Shown here piece by piece: positions 34,902-47,060 of a stretch of DNA of 64,000 nucleotides. Below the pieces are notes generated by a model that saw only the letters and a list, made by a program, of their open reading frames with translations, did no database searches and was not told where the DNA came from. The stretch comes from Azolla caroliniana. Lineage: Eukaryota; Plantae; Polypodiophyta. How positions within the stretch are numbered: the first letter of the stretch is position 1; every line of letters starts with the position of its first letter. The stretch spans positions 8,928,001-8,992,000 of the forward strand of contig JBHGNT010000022.1 of NCBI GenBank assembly GCA_043228905.1, written 5' to 3'. The position numbers and the translations under genes were made by a program.

Positions 34902-37442
34902 ATGGAGGGCTTATCATCGGAGTTTGGAACCCATAATAGTGATAGTTCGACTCGCATCGAATCACCATTCAATGCCGAGTTCCCTCCACAAGAGATGATG
35001 ACTTTTGCAGCGGCTACTTCCACTACACCTACCCCAACGAAACCTAGAAGCGCCAACAAACGTCCAACTAAAAGACCGCGAGCTCCAGTAGTCTCAACTA
35101 CTCCGACCCCTGCAAAAACTACTAGTACCCAGGTAATCTCCAATGAATCACCGCTAATTTCCCAACACTTTGAAGATTACAAGTGTAGAATAATCGCAGA
35201 GTTTAAAAACCTCTATCGAAAAGCTCAAAAAGCTAAAAAAACATATAGTCGTATGTCAAACCTTAATTCTCAGAATATAGCCCCTCATAGCTTGAGAATC
35301 CAGCCCCCAAGACTAATTATTGAGCACGAAGATATAAATAAAAGCCTACAACTAGAGTTTGCTTCCATCACAACACAATATAGTAAAGATCTCACTACCA
35401 CATATGTCAAGCATTTAGATAGTCTTGTCCATTACTACACAAAAACAGTAGATGATTTTCCTATGACTGTACGAGCTGATATTCTCAAGATTGCTAATCT
35501 CCTAAAAGCCCCTGTTTGTTTTGACGAAGTAGAGGAATCCGATTCAAGTCCAAACTCATTTAGCAAACAGCTTGAAATTTTCCAAGAAGAGTTAGCAACT
35601 AATATTCTAAAAGAATGTAATACTATAGCTCTCTCATTCACTTATAGGGAAGCCTTTAAAGTTGCTGCTATGCAAAGAAAAGATAAAGCCCAATCACTAA
35701 ATGAGAACACTCAAAGCACAAGTAAGCACCATATTAGAGAGATAGACATAGATATGGAGTCAGATGATGATATTGAAGATGATATTGAAAAAGTTGTCGA
35801 CAGTTTTGAGAAAGTACAATATAATAAATTTCAGTATAAAGATAAAGACTATAATCCTAACTCGAGAATTAACCCTAACCTTAATTTGAGAACAACCCCT
35901 AAGCCCAACCCTAACCCTAACCCGAATCCCAACCCTAACCCTAATTTGAGAACAAACCCGAATCCCAACCCTAACCCTAACTTGAGAACAAACCCGAAAC
36001 CCAACCCTAACCCTAACTTGAGAAAAGAACCCAACCCTAACCCTAACCCTAACCCTAACCCTAACCCTAACCCTAATTTCAGAACACACCCTAACCCTAA
36101 CCCTAATCCTAACACTAACCCAAACCCTAACCCTCGGCCTCCATCAGCAAACCCGAAGCCTCCTCCACCACATTTTCACCGCGGACCATCCAACCACCGC
36201 AACCACCGCGGACCATCCAACCACCGCAACCACCCTCACTTCATCCGCGACCATCCTCAATTCATCTGCAACATGAATAACAATGAAGTTAGCATCAACC
36301 CGAACCTCAACCATCAAAACCCACAAGTACTTTTCTATAGATCGAACGAGCTTTCGGCAGGCCCGAACATAAACTCGGCCTACCGCCACCATAACCCGAA
36401 CTCCAATTTCACGACACATGCTTCCCTTCGTACAGGTTCTTGGCTTCATCCACCACAAGATCACCCACACCGACCACCATCATCACTCTTCGGCGGCAAC
36501 ACGGACATCAACCACTTTAATCATCCACCACGAGATCTCCATCAACTACCACCATCATCACTTTTCGATGGCCACAGAGACACGAGCCACCATACACATG
36601 CTTGGTCACAGGCTGCACACCGAGGACCCCCGTCTCTGGTCCATAGCTTCTACTCTTCGGCTGCACCTGCTAGTTTCTCGTCGGCCCAACATAGCCATCC
36701 ACAACAGGACGAGATTAATTCACAGGCGGGCCATAACGCTGTCCCAAACTCAGGTCCTGCGCTCGACTACAATAGAAAGCATCTCCCCCATTCTCACCTT
36801 CCCCCTCTGCTCTCCAACCCTCCTCCATATACTAAGCCCCTCGATACCTCTCCCCCTCAATTTTCTTTCCCTCCTCCTACGCTAGGGCAGCAACATAGCC
36901 CATCCCTTTACCCATATCCCACTCACTCTCAAAACCTTCCCCCTACACTTCTTAATAATTCTCTGTATACCCCCCCGTTACTTTCCAATATTCCCCTCCA
37001 TAACCCCATGCCCCTTTTTTGTAATGATCCCCACCCTAATTACCCCCCTAACATTTTGTATAATTTTGGTCTTGCCCCTTCCCCAATCTCTAATATAGCC
37101 CCAAACCCCCTCAATATTTTCACAAACCCCCCCAATATTTTCACACACTCCTCCCATACCCCCCTCTCTTTTCCTAATAATTCCACACACGGCAACCCCC
37201 TCTTATTTCCACATAATATAAATAAGAACCCCTCCCCATTTACGTCTAATACCCCTTTCCATTTTCCTGTTAGTAACCCCTCCCTATTTACATCTAATAC
37301 CCCTTCCCTTTTTTGTAATTCTAACCCATCTGCCCCAGCCACCCACCCACATAATAAATCAAACCCACACAACTCTTACAAACCCCCCTATCAACCCCCA
37401 TCTAAAACTCCAACTCATGTGTCGAAACCAAAAAACGTGTAG
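34902..37442 (+). CDS. PLE ORF1, copy 4
   Basis: Same protein as copy 1. Confidence 0.85.
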   Translation: MEGLSSEFGTHNSDSSTRIESPFNAEFPPQEMMTFAAATSTTPTPTKPRSANKRPTKRPRAPVVSTTPTPAKTTSTQVISNESPLISQHFEDYKCRIIAEFKNLYRKAQKAKKTYSRMSNLNSQNIAPHSLRIQPPRLIIEHEDINKSLQLEFASITTQYSKDLTTTYVKHLDSLVHYYTKTVDDFPMTVRADILKIANLLKAPVCFDEVEESDSSPNSFSKQLEIFQEELATNILKECNTIALSFTYREAFKVAAMQRKDKAQSLNENTQSTSKHHIREIDIDMESDDDIEDDIEKVVDSFEKVQYNKFQYKDKDYNPNSRINPNLNLRTTPKPNPNPNPNPNPNPNLRTNPNPNPNPNLRTNPKPNPNPNLRKEPNPNPNPNPNPNPNPNFRTHPNPNPNPNTNPNPNPRPPSANPKPPPPHFHRGPSNHRNHRGPSNHRNHPHFIRDHPQFICNMNNNEVSINPNLNHQNPQVLFYRSNELSAGPNINSAYRHHNPNSNFTTHASLRTGSWLHPPQDHPHRPPSSLFGGNTDINHFNHPPRDLHQLPPSSLFDGHRDTSHHTHAWSQAAHRGPPSLVHSFYSSAAPASFSSAQHSHPQQDEINSQAGHNAVPNSGPALDYNRKHLPHSHLPPLLSNPPPYTKPLDTSPPQFSFPPPTLGQQHSPSLYPYPTHSQNLPPTLLNNSLYTPPLLSNIPLHNPMPLFCNDPHPNYPPNILYNFGLAPSPISNIAPNPLNIFTNPPNIFTHSSHTPLSFPNNSTHGNPLLFPHNINKNPSPFTSNTPFHFPVSNPSLFTSNTPSLFCNSNPSAPATHPHNKSNPHNSYKPPYQPPSKTPTHVSKPKNV

Positions 37443-39412
37443 TGAGGCGTGCTAAACGAATTAGTAAACGGTTTAAGCACGCCTTACACCCTTGTAAGCG
37501 TCTTTTTTACATACTAGATAGGCCCCCTTTGACACGTGATACGTACATGTGGCTAGGTAAAGAAAACTCCCACTTCCCTTTCTCCCCTTATACTAAATCA
37601 CGCCCTAAAAGGCTTAGATACAAGTTTTGGAAACCACTTACTCCCACCATAGACACTACTTCCATCTTACAAAGTAAAATTCATAATCTTTCAAGTTACA
37701 CCCTTAGTAAACTAGAAATGAAACTTTTAAACCTAGGACTTAAGTTTATACCCCCTTGCCCCCCACCTACTAACCAATCCATTCTTCAAGAATACCAAAA
37801 CCTAAGTAGATCCTTGAGACTTAAACATTTCTTTAGAAAATCCAACTCTCCTCCCTCTAATCCCTTCAAACTACCCAACCCGAATTGGAACCCTCCTACT
37901 AAATATCCACCATTAGAATCTATACTCCATAAACACAATATCTCTCTCTCCACAAACCTCCATGATAATATATTACCTAATATCAAAATACCACTACACC
38001 TCCAATTAGCAATAACTAGCCTTAAAAATAATAATAAAATAACCATCCTACCAGCGGACAAAAACATTGGAGTTTGTGTCCTCGATAAAAAAACATACTT
38101 AGATAAAGCCCTAGAACATTTATCCGACATCACTACATATAAAAAAGTTGATAGTCTCCCATTAGAAGAACTTTTAAGTCGACTACAAGACATAGTCAAT
38201 TGTAATCGTAATATCTTATCTCTCATAGAAATAGAATTTATCCTACACAAACCTCCTAAAGGTTACTCAATACCTAATATGTACTTCTTGCCAAAAGTAC
38301 ATAAAAGTCCTGTTAGCTATAGACCGATTTGCTCATATAACGGTTCATTATTTGAACAAACGTCTAAATGGCTTCACCATCAACTCCTCCCCATACTTCT
38401 AGTTCAAAAACAGTATCTTAGGGACTCCCATTCCCTTGTCCAAACTTTAGAACAACTTATAACACCACCCAATAGCTTCATTTTTTCTTTTGATGTTGAA
38501 TCCCTCTACCCTAGCATCCCACCTAAACTAGGACTCTCTGCCCTAAAAAACCTTATTGCCCCCCACTTTTCTAACCAAAAAACCAATTTGATTTACACCC
38601 TTAGTGCCCTCACCTTAGAATACCACTTCCTTAAATTTAACAACCAAATTTATCAACAGGTAAAAGGAACAGCCATGGGTAGTAATTTTTCCGTCGTGTA
38701 TGCATGTCTCTTCCTCTCATATCTAGAAAATTCCAATCCATCACCCCACCTTTTCTATTTCACTAGGTATATTGATGATGCCTTTGGCGTCTGGACTGGT
38801 ACTAAAATCCAACTTCTCGAATACCTAAACTTCTATAGTAACTCTACTCAAAACTCTATAAAACTAACCATACACACTTCTTACACGAAACTACCCTTTT
38901 TAGACCTTTGGATTAGATTAGATAATAATAGATTCACCTTTAATTGCTTTCAAAAAACACTTAACACATATCAATACATCCCTTATTCCTCCAATCACCC
39001 TCTACATGTGAAAAATAGTTTTGTTTCAAATGAACTTAAAAGATATATGGTTAGAGAAAGCACGGCCCTAGGTTATTTAAATATGCAAAAAAAATTCTTT
39101 ACGAGACTTAGAGCCCGAGGTTATCCCACACATTTTATTCTAAATAACTTTCGAAAACACCCTTACTCCCTTAGACACACTCTCCTTTTCAAAGAAAAAA
39201 CTAAAAAGACCACCCCACCCACTATCTTTAAACTTAGATATACTCGCCATACCCCCACACTAATTATTAAGAAAATACTAACTAACCTACACTATGATAT
39301 CCAATTAGATCCCCAACTACAACATATCCCTAAACCCATTATTTGTTGGACTAAATCCAAAAACCTCCACTCCCTTCTAGTAAAAACTAAAAACATCCTA
39401 GAGCCACTATAA
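37442..39412 (+). CDS. Penelope-like reverse transcriptase, copy 4
   Basis: Same 656-aa ORF as copy 2. Confidence 0.93.
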   Translation: MRRAKRISKRFKHALHPCKRLFYILDRPPLTRDTYMWLGKENSHFPFSPYTKSRPKRLRYKFWKPLTPTIDTTSILQSKIHNLSSYTLSKLEMKLLNLGLKFIPPCPPPTNQSILQEYQNLSRSLRLKHFFRKSNSPPSNPFKLPNPNWNPPTKYPPLESILHKHNISLSTNLHDNILPNIKIPLHLQLAITSLKNNNKITILPADKNIGVCVLDKKTYLDKALEHLSDITTYKKVDSLPLEELLSRLQDIVNCNRNILSLIEIEFILHKPPKGYSIPNMYFLPKVHKSPVSYRPICSYNGSLFEQTSKWLHHQLLPILLVQKQYLRDSHSLVQTLEQLITPPNSFIFSFDVESLYPSIPPKLGLSALKNLIAPHFSNQKTNLIYTLSALTLEYHFLKFNNQIYQQVKGTAMGSNFSVVYACLFLSYLENSNPSPHLFYFTRYIDDAFGVWTGTKIQLLEYLNFYSNSTQNSIKLTIHTSYTKLPFLDLWIRLDNNRFTFNCFQKTLNTYQYIPYSSNHPLHVKNSFVSNELKRYMVRESTALGYLNMQKKFFTRLRARGYPTHFILNNFRKHPYSLRHTLLFKEKTKKTTPPTIFKLRYTRHTPTLIIKKILTNLHYDIQLDPQLQHIPKPIICWTKSKNLHSLLVKTKNILEPL

Positions 39413-40073
39413 ACATATTTTCTCACCCTTCATTTAATCTATCCCCCTTCCTTGTTCCTCTCTCCTTCCCCCTTACTTTTATTTTGTAGTCACACACATC
39501 TACTTTTTTCCCCCAATATTTCCCTTATATCTCACTAAAAACTATATTCTATCTCCCCCTCCCTTTTTTTCCCCCCCAATATTTCCCTTATATCTCACTA
39601 AAAACTATATTCCATCTCCCCCTCCCCCCTTTTTTTCCATTTCTCATCCCCTCTTCCTCTCACTACCTTTTTTTCCATTTCTCATCCCCTCTTCCTCTCA
39701 CTACCTTTTTATACACTCTCTCTCTTCCCTCTTCCCTCAACCCCTCTCCCTAATACCTCTTATTAACTTCCTTTAACTTTCCCTTCTTTCTTTTATTTAC
39801 ATATAATTACACACCCTACCACTCATTCATTTCCCCTTATTCACCTCTTTCTACTCCCTCATCTGTCTTATCACCCTATCAATCTTCCATTCACCAGCCC
39901 ATTTTGTTTCCCCCCCCATATCACCACCCCCTCTATCATCAAGATCTTCCAACTTAAAACCTCACAGCCCTCCATCTATTTACATTGTTATTGTACCCCA
40001 CTCACTATGATTATACATTCTCCTCCCTTCCCCATCCTCAACATCCTATATAAACCACCTTTTGTATGTACAT

Positions 40074-40132
40074 GACCTTTTGCACTGATGAGCTCTACCT
40101 AAAAGAGCGAAACTAGTTTGCTGCATAAGGTC
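40074..40132 (+). ncRNA. Type I hammerhead ribozyme, copy 5
   Basis: Identical to 17754-17812. Confidence 0.88.
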
Positions 40133-40161
40133 TTTCCTTTTATTTTAATGGAATTTTCCTG

Positions 40162-40216
<55 letters not shown>

Positions 40217-40467
40217 GTGTGCTTAGAATCTTTTCTTATTACATTATCTATGTAAACCCTAGACCTAATCCCGAAACCCTAATCCTGAAACCCTAATCTC
40301 GAAACCCAAAACCCTAATCCCAAAACCCTAATCCCGAAGCCCTAAACCCTAATCCCAAAACCCTAAACCCTAATCCGGAAACCCTAAACCCTTTCCTATT
40401 ACATTATCTACCATATCTAAAAGTCGCTCGCACTCCTTGTATCAACCTTACGGTTAATAAACAAAGC

Positions 40468-43400
40468 TAGGACTGTCATCGATATCCTTTTTCGTGTATA
40501 AACAATGATCTGCATAGCTACGATCAAAGCCTTGAGAAAGCATAAAAGTATCAAACTTCTTATACCACTGTCGTGGTGCTTGTTTTAGGCCATACAAGCT
40601 ACGTTTTAGTTTGCATACCAAATGCTCTTTGTTAGAGACTACAAAACCCTTAGGTTGTTTCATGTAGATCTCTTCATCAATATCACCATGCAAAAAAGCG
40701 GTCTTTACATCCATTTGGTACAACTCCAAATTAAGCATTGCAGTGAGAGCAAATAGCACACGAAGTGTGGTCATCTTCACAACAGGAGAGAAGACCTCTT
40801 GGAAGTCAATACCTTCCTTCTGTGCATAACCCTTGGCAACTAATCTTGCCTTGTATTTTGGTTTCCCTTCAATTTCCTTTACCTTATAAACCCACTTATT
40901 TGGAAGAGCTTTCCTTCCTTGAGGTAAGGACACAAGATCCCATGTATCATTTGCATATAAAGATTTTATTTCTTCTTGCATTGCAAGCTCCCACTTACTA
41001 CTAAGTTCACATGACATTGCCTCCTTATAAGTAAGAGGTTCACCCTCATCTGACAGCATGACATAATGCAAAGAGGGGTCATATCTATATACCTGCCTCC
41101 TTGAACGATTAGACCTACGTACCCAATGATTAGTATTTTCTGGGATTGGTTCTAAATCTGGAGGAAAATCATTTTCAGCACTTTCTGGCTGTTGCGAACC
41201 ATGTCCAACATGTTGTTCGACATCTATATTTTGTTCTTCAGTACCTTCATCTCGTTGACCAATATCTTCATGAGCATCTCTTTGCTGTCCAACTTCTTCT
41301 GGCTCAAAGATAACCGGTTGACCATCATATTCAACCTTTGGTATAGCATCATGAGGTTTATTTTCAGGTTTTGTGGATGGCTGTAATTGCTGAAATGTAA
41401 CGCTCTTAGAGTTCCCAACAGAGGAACAAGCATTTTTCAGCAATTTTTCTTCATTAAAAACAACATCCCGACTGCGTACAATTTTTCTGGACTGAGGTAA
41501 CCAAATCCTATAGCCCATTTCACCTTCATCACCATAGCCCATAAAAATGCCCATGGTGGACTTAGCATCGAGCTTATTTCTCAGCTCACTTCTAATGTGT
41601 ACAAACGCATCACAACCGAAAATTCGTAAATGGTCATATGAAGCTGGTTTGCCAGACCAAACCTCCTCAGGGATTCCATTTTTTAAGGACTTGTTGGGAG
41701 AACGATTACATATATGAACCGCGGTTTTTAATGCTTCTCCCCAAAATTCATGAGGGAGATTAGTTGTGGACAGCATGCATCGTACTCGCTCACACAAGGT
41801 CCTATTATACCTTTCTGCCACCCCATTTGATGAAGGGTTATATGGAGCAGTAAGCTCTCTTTTAATACCATGTAAGTCACAATAAGACTTAAATTCTGCA
41901 GATGTAAACTCACCCCCATTATCTGTTCTGAGACATTTCAGTTTTGTCCCTTTTTGAGTAGTCACAAATGCATGAAAAGATTTAAATGCATCAAATGCAT
42001 CACCTTTTCTTTTCATCAAGTACACCCAAATCTTCCTAGAATAATCATCGATAAAGGAAATAAAATATGCAGCACCGCCCAAGGATTTTACAAGCATGCT
42101 ACATACATCAGAATGCACCAAATCTAGCACATTTGGTTTATGAGAGATACCAGAATAATAAGAATTTCTCACTTGTTTGCCAAATAGACAATCATTACAA
42201 AAAACCAGATTTGATCCTTTAACATCAAATCTTTTTAAAGCAGAAAGGACTTCAAGTCCTTTTTGGCTCATATGTCCTAATCTCTTATGCCAAAGCTCTA
42301 AACGAGAGTCGAATTCAGCAATAGCAAGAAACTTTCCAGGTAAAGCTTTACATTGCAAACAGTACAAAGTGCCCTTTTTGCAACCTTTCACAATAACCAT
42401 AGATCCTTTCTTTAGTTTCCATAATCCACCACCGAATAATGTGGTGTAACCATGCAAATCCATTTGTCCTACAGATAGCAAACTTTTCTTAATGCCAGGT
42501 ACATACCTAACATCTTTGAGCACAAGCTCTTGACCATTATCCAAAGACAAGTGTATGGTTCCAATACCATCAATATTGCAAGCACTATTGTTACCAAGAT
42601 AAACTTTTCCATAACTGCCTACATCAAATGTGGTAAAGCACTCCAAACATGGAGTAACATGAAAAGAAGCCCCAGAGTCTACTATCCATGTCTGTGTCAA
42701 TCCATCATCGATTGACAATAAAGCATCAATAACATCTGTTTTGGTGATTTGCATGTCTTGAACATGAGCTATAAAGGCATCACCTGTAATACAAAGTACA
42801 TTACCATCTTCACCAGATAGGTCTTCAATGATAACATTTGAAGCCATATTAGCTTTCTCTGTTGTATTAAACTTATCATCTTTGTTTTTCTTCTCTCCTA
42901 CATTCTTCTTCCTTTCTAGTTCCATCTTCCAATATCTACAATCAGGTTTCTTATGACCTTTACGGCCACAATGATAGCAAGTGATATCTTGTTGTTTTCC
43001 TTTCCCTCTACTCTTACTTCTATTTCTTTGTCCTACATTTGGGTTCCTCTTATCATATCTCCCCCTAATATTGTATGTTGAACCACTACCTTCTCCGCTA
43101 GATTGTCTTCTAATCTCTTCACTGAGAATAGAGCCCCGCACACCATCGAAGGTCAAGGTGGGGCTATTAGATAGTGAAACAACTAATGTTTCCCACGAAT
43201 CCGGTAAAGTCATAAGTAGGAAGATAGCTTTGAGCTTGTCATCAAAAGTTGGTAATCCTGAATCTTGTAGTTGGGAGAGAGTACCTGTGAATAAAGATAG
43301 ATGCTCTGTTGCACCTTTCGACTCATCAAGCCTCATACTGACAAGTTTTCTCATCAAATGCACCTGATTCACAGGAGAAGTATTCTCGTAAGTTTTCTTA

Positions 43401-43672
43401 AGTTTCTCCCAAACTTGATGGGCAGTAGTCAAGCCCTTTACATCTACAAGAATTTCATCAGAAACAGCCATTTTAATATATGTAATGGCTTTCTTATTCA
43501 GAGTGTTCCAAGCATCATTCTCCATGCTCTCTGGTTTCTTTTCTACAAGAGCATCTTCACAATCTCTTAGAAAGAGGATGCCCAGCATACGCTCTTTCCA
43601 CAATTCGAAACCTTTTCCATCAAATCTCTTGATTTCAAAGAGGTTTTTCACTTCAGCTGAAGTGGAGGCCAT
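40468..43672 (-). pseudogene. Copia gag-pol copy truncated within RT, just before YVDD
   Basis: Matches the intact ORF up to DIDDSP, then runs into antisense PLE sequence and stops at 40454. Confidence 0.9.
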
Positions 43673-44286
43673 TGCTCCCAAGATTTATGATAGATGCCTT
43701 CAGAAATTGAGCAGAATACCAATAGGAAAGGGTCTGACAGATTTTTTATTTTATTTTATTTTATTTTTTTAAATCTGTGTTTTCTGCTGATTCTGAATCT
43801 AAAGAAAAACAGCAAAGTAGAGGAAAGAGATTTGGCTCTGATACCAGTTAAAGGTAAAGAGGGATGTTTGACAGATCAGCCATTTAGAGATGACATTCAG
43901 CAAACAGGACTGTAGTAGAGATGAGAGTAGAGACACGCAGATCTTTGGTGTACCCAACCGCCTTGATTGGTACACAAGAAAAAAGAAGGTTATTATATTA
44001 GTTAACCTTACATAGAAAGTGGTGTGTTCACATTATAAAAGGAGGTGTCCTGTCCAAGTGAACAATGTGTTCACATATACGAATAATTACCTAATTTGTG
44101 AACTACGGGCCTTTACACCTAACATTGGTGATGGTTTTTCTTATATACTTGTCTTCTTTACAATGTGCCTAACTATGATAATCTATTAAGAGAGTAAATT
44201 AGCACAAAAGAGAGTGAGTATGAGAACTATTAAGATAAGAATTTCCAAACTAGAGGCTCAAAAGTGATTGACAACCACTCAATCCT
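40468..44286. repeat. 3819-bp direct duplication of 13699-17517 flanking the PLE array (truncated copia, its 5-prime LTR and 162 bp of host flank)
   Basis: Constant offset of 26769. Carries the same LTR variants and the same downstream flank as the first copy. Confidence 0.95.
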
Positions 44287-45289
44287 AATTCACTACTAAT
44301 AGGGTAAACAAGGGACGGATCCTTTGGCGAACAATATCGACATGGAGGTAGCACACTTTGTTGATTCATAGAAGTATTTTGGTATCATGCACAAGGATGC
44401 CACACATCTATTTGGTGCCGCTACCAAGGATAAGACCAATGCTTGAAGCCATCAATGAGCTTTTCGTAAGCTCTCAAGCAATGAGTCCGAAGATTTCCTC
44501 AATTCACATGCTCAACTCAAAATTTTCCTCGCCTCAAAGTTTCCTTGAGTTTGAAGATTTCCGCGACTGAAAAGCTCAACTCAAATGTTTCCTAGCATCT
44601 ACACCCGATTCCTCGATAACAATCCCTCGAGTCTAATGATTCATCAAGGTTGACAAACCCTCGAATATAAAAGTACTCTCGACAATACCACCCAATACCC
44701 CTCATCAATAACAAGAAATGAAATGCCCAAGTTAAAACGAGTACATCTAATCAAGCCCGAAGGTGCAAAAGGTGGTTGACATCTGGAAGGGGCCTAAACA
44801 TAAACCTAAGCCACAACCTCATGGGCAACACACCTCCAGCGCACACTAACAAATCTAAGCACCTGAATGGATCGAAAAACCTTCGATGCAACTAACATGA
44901 GTAGGATAATCACAAGTGATGACCATTAACAATGAAGCAGTAATTACATAATGAAAAGCGGCCTATAAAAATCTCTGTCAAAAACTCATGCTCCTTGAAA
45001 CATATTGCAAGATCAACAAGAGCAAAACTCACATGGCACTAGGTAAGAGTCAAACCCACATTCAAGCACAATTGGCAACAATATAAGACCATTTGAGGAG
45101 AGCCACGTGAAGGAAATAGGGACAATCAACAAGCTATGAACTTAGGCTGAAATCTACCTCCCAATGTTGAGCTAGCCATAGCATTATAGTCTAATTCAAA
45201 TTAGTCTCCTTGATGGAATGAGAATGGCGTCTAGCCAACACCTCCAACGAACCCACAAATGATTGTAGCAAAAACGTTTCCATCTCAAA

Positions 45290-45691
45290 ATGAGTCCCTT
45301 GCTTTCTAGGATACGAGGATGTTGTGACCATGTGGAACAATTTAAGCAATCATTAGATGCCATAAGAGTAGCGACTTTCAAGTTAACACTCGGTGACCAG
45401 GCAAGTATTTGTTTCCAAACCCGATCAAAAAACTTGTCGCCTAATGCCAACTACATCGTCAAGGACTTTTTGACAAATTTCACCCGGAGAGGAATAAATG
45501 GATTTAACCAATTCTTCTCACATAAACAAGAAGGAAAAGAAACAATCAAAGACTACATACATCACACCACACGTTTGCACAGTCCCTGCAATCCTGGTGA
45601 CAAGATGACTAATGATAAACTCATGAACCAGTTCATCAACAAGTTTTATAGCCCAACTCTACAAAAAAAATTAATAGCCCACGTGCGTTGA
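45290..45691 (+). pseudogene. Degenerate retrotransposon gag-like fragment
   Basis: KQEGKETIKDYIHHTTRL resembles the Q..E.V.DY..R gag motif; the surrounding sequence is decayed. Confidence 0.45.
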
Positions 45692-46929
45692 TCCATTATA
45701 AACACATGCTTGGTGGTGATAACACTTGAGGACTCCATGACATGACTCTAGGGTTAGAAGAGATGATATTAGAGTTTCAATCGGTTGATGACATGGTAAT
45801 TGCACCCACCGATACGAGAGGTGGCAAAGGTAGGAATGTTGTCACTTAAACGAACCAAACAAATAGGGATAAGCTATGCATGGTCATTCCATGTCCGCAC
45901 ACGTTAAGGATAATGGTTATAAAATTATTGAGTTTCCACTAAATTTCACAGTGTTCCTTCTTGCGGGTAGGTAAGACCCAACCCAAGGCCAACTCAAGTA
46001 CTAACCAACAAGTGTGAATAGCTTGAACCCACACCAAACCCAATCACCCACCTCAAAAGAGTTGAAAGGCCGCAAGGGTTTCAATAAGATAAATTGTCAA
46101 ATGTCCAACTTGCAATGGCCATCACACGAGGCATCAATGCCCATATTTATGCCAAAGAGGGCCCAATATTTTATGCACCACCCATACAACTATTGGGGGG
46201 CACCCAACGGGAGGTTTGGACAAGGGTCTATAGTAGAACATCCTAGGTCACCACCTAGAACAAGTCGTCTAATCCCACCCAAAATCCTACCTTAACAACC
46301 ACCTCTACCTCAAGTCAAGGCCCGACATGCAAAATTAGAGCATGACCTAGGTGAAAGAGCTGAAGTTAGACCCAGAAGAAAATGCAAAAGTTTAACATCT
46401 AACTAGCATTAGCTTGGAGACCTTTGAAGTGTAAAAGGAATGATATACTTGATGAGTTCGGCCATGAAGAGATGAAACAATATGTACATAAGCTTTACAA
46501 TGAGCTAATATCTATTGACATTATATGGAAACACCATATAATGCAAGTATCTCTATTGAAGATGTTAATACAAGGGCAAAAACTATGTCTAATGTCAAAG
46601 TGTTGGATGCAACTTTAATGACAAGTGAGCTCTTGCAATGGACAAGACCATAAACTTACTTACCAATGGACAGCAATTATAATTGATCAAGCTTTCAACC
46701 AAAGTTTTCAAAAAGATCGGATCATGAGTTAGACTAAACCAATCCACAAGGAGATCAAATCCAACTATAATGGCTAGGTCAATTATGGCCAAGTTATATA
46801 TGAATACCAATGCACAAAACATTAATTTATGTAGAAATAAAAAATGTGAATCAATTATTCCCATTCCAAGTAGACACTTCAAGGCCGAACCATAGCTATA
46901 TTCCATAACATTCTACTGTCAATCATTTG

Positions 46930-47060
46930 GTTACACACTAATAGGATGGAAAAAGGTCAACTTCAAGGGAAATTTTATATTGTTGTTTTGTGGGCTTCAA
47001 GAAGGCCTTTGACACTATACCAAGAATGAGCTTTGGAAAAGAGCAAAGAATGGTTAAATC
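46930..47060 (+). mobile_element. Small LINE RT fragment
   Basis: LYCCFVGFKKAFDTIPR. Confidence 0.55.

Larger units (their letters stand above)
17515..40470 (+). mobile_element. Head-to-tail array (4 full units plus about 635 bp of terminal redundancy, a pseudo-LTR) of an endonuclease-deficient Penelope-like retroelement
   Basis: Period 5577-5581 bp. PLE-type RT with no GIY-YIG domain. One hammerhead ribozyme per unit. 17515-18148 is repeated at the far end as 39835-40470. Confidence 0.93.

Noticed and set aside
40468-44124. A second, independent copia insertion
   Set aside because: It shares the same LTR variants and the same 162-bp host flank as the first copy and has no TSD of its own, so it is part of the duplication.
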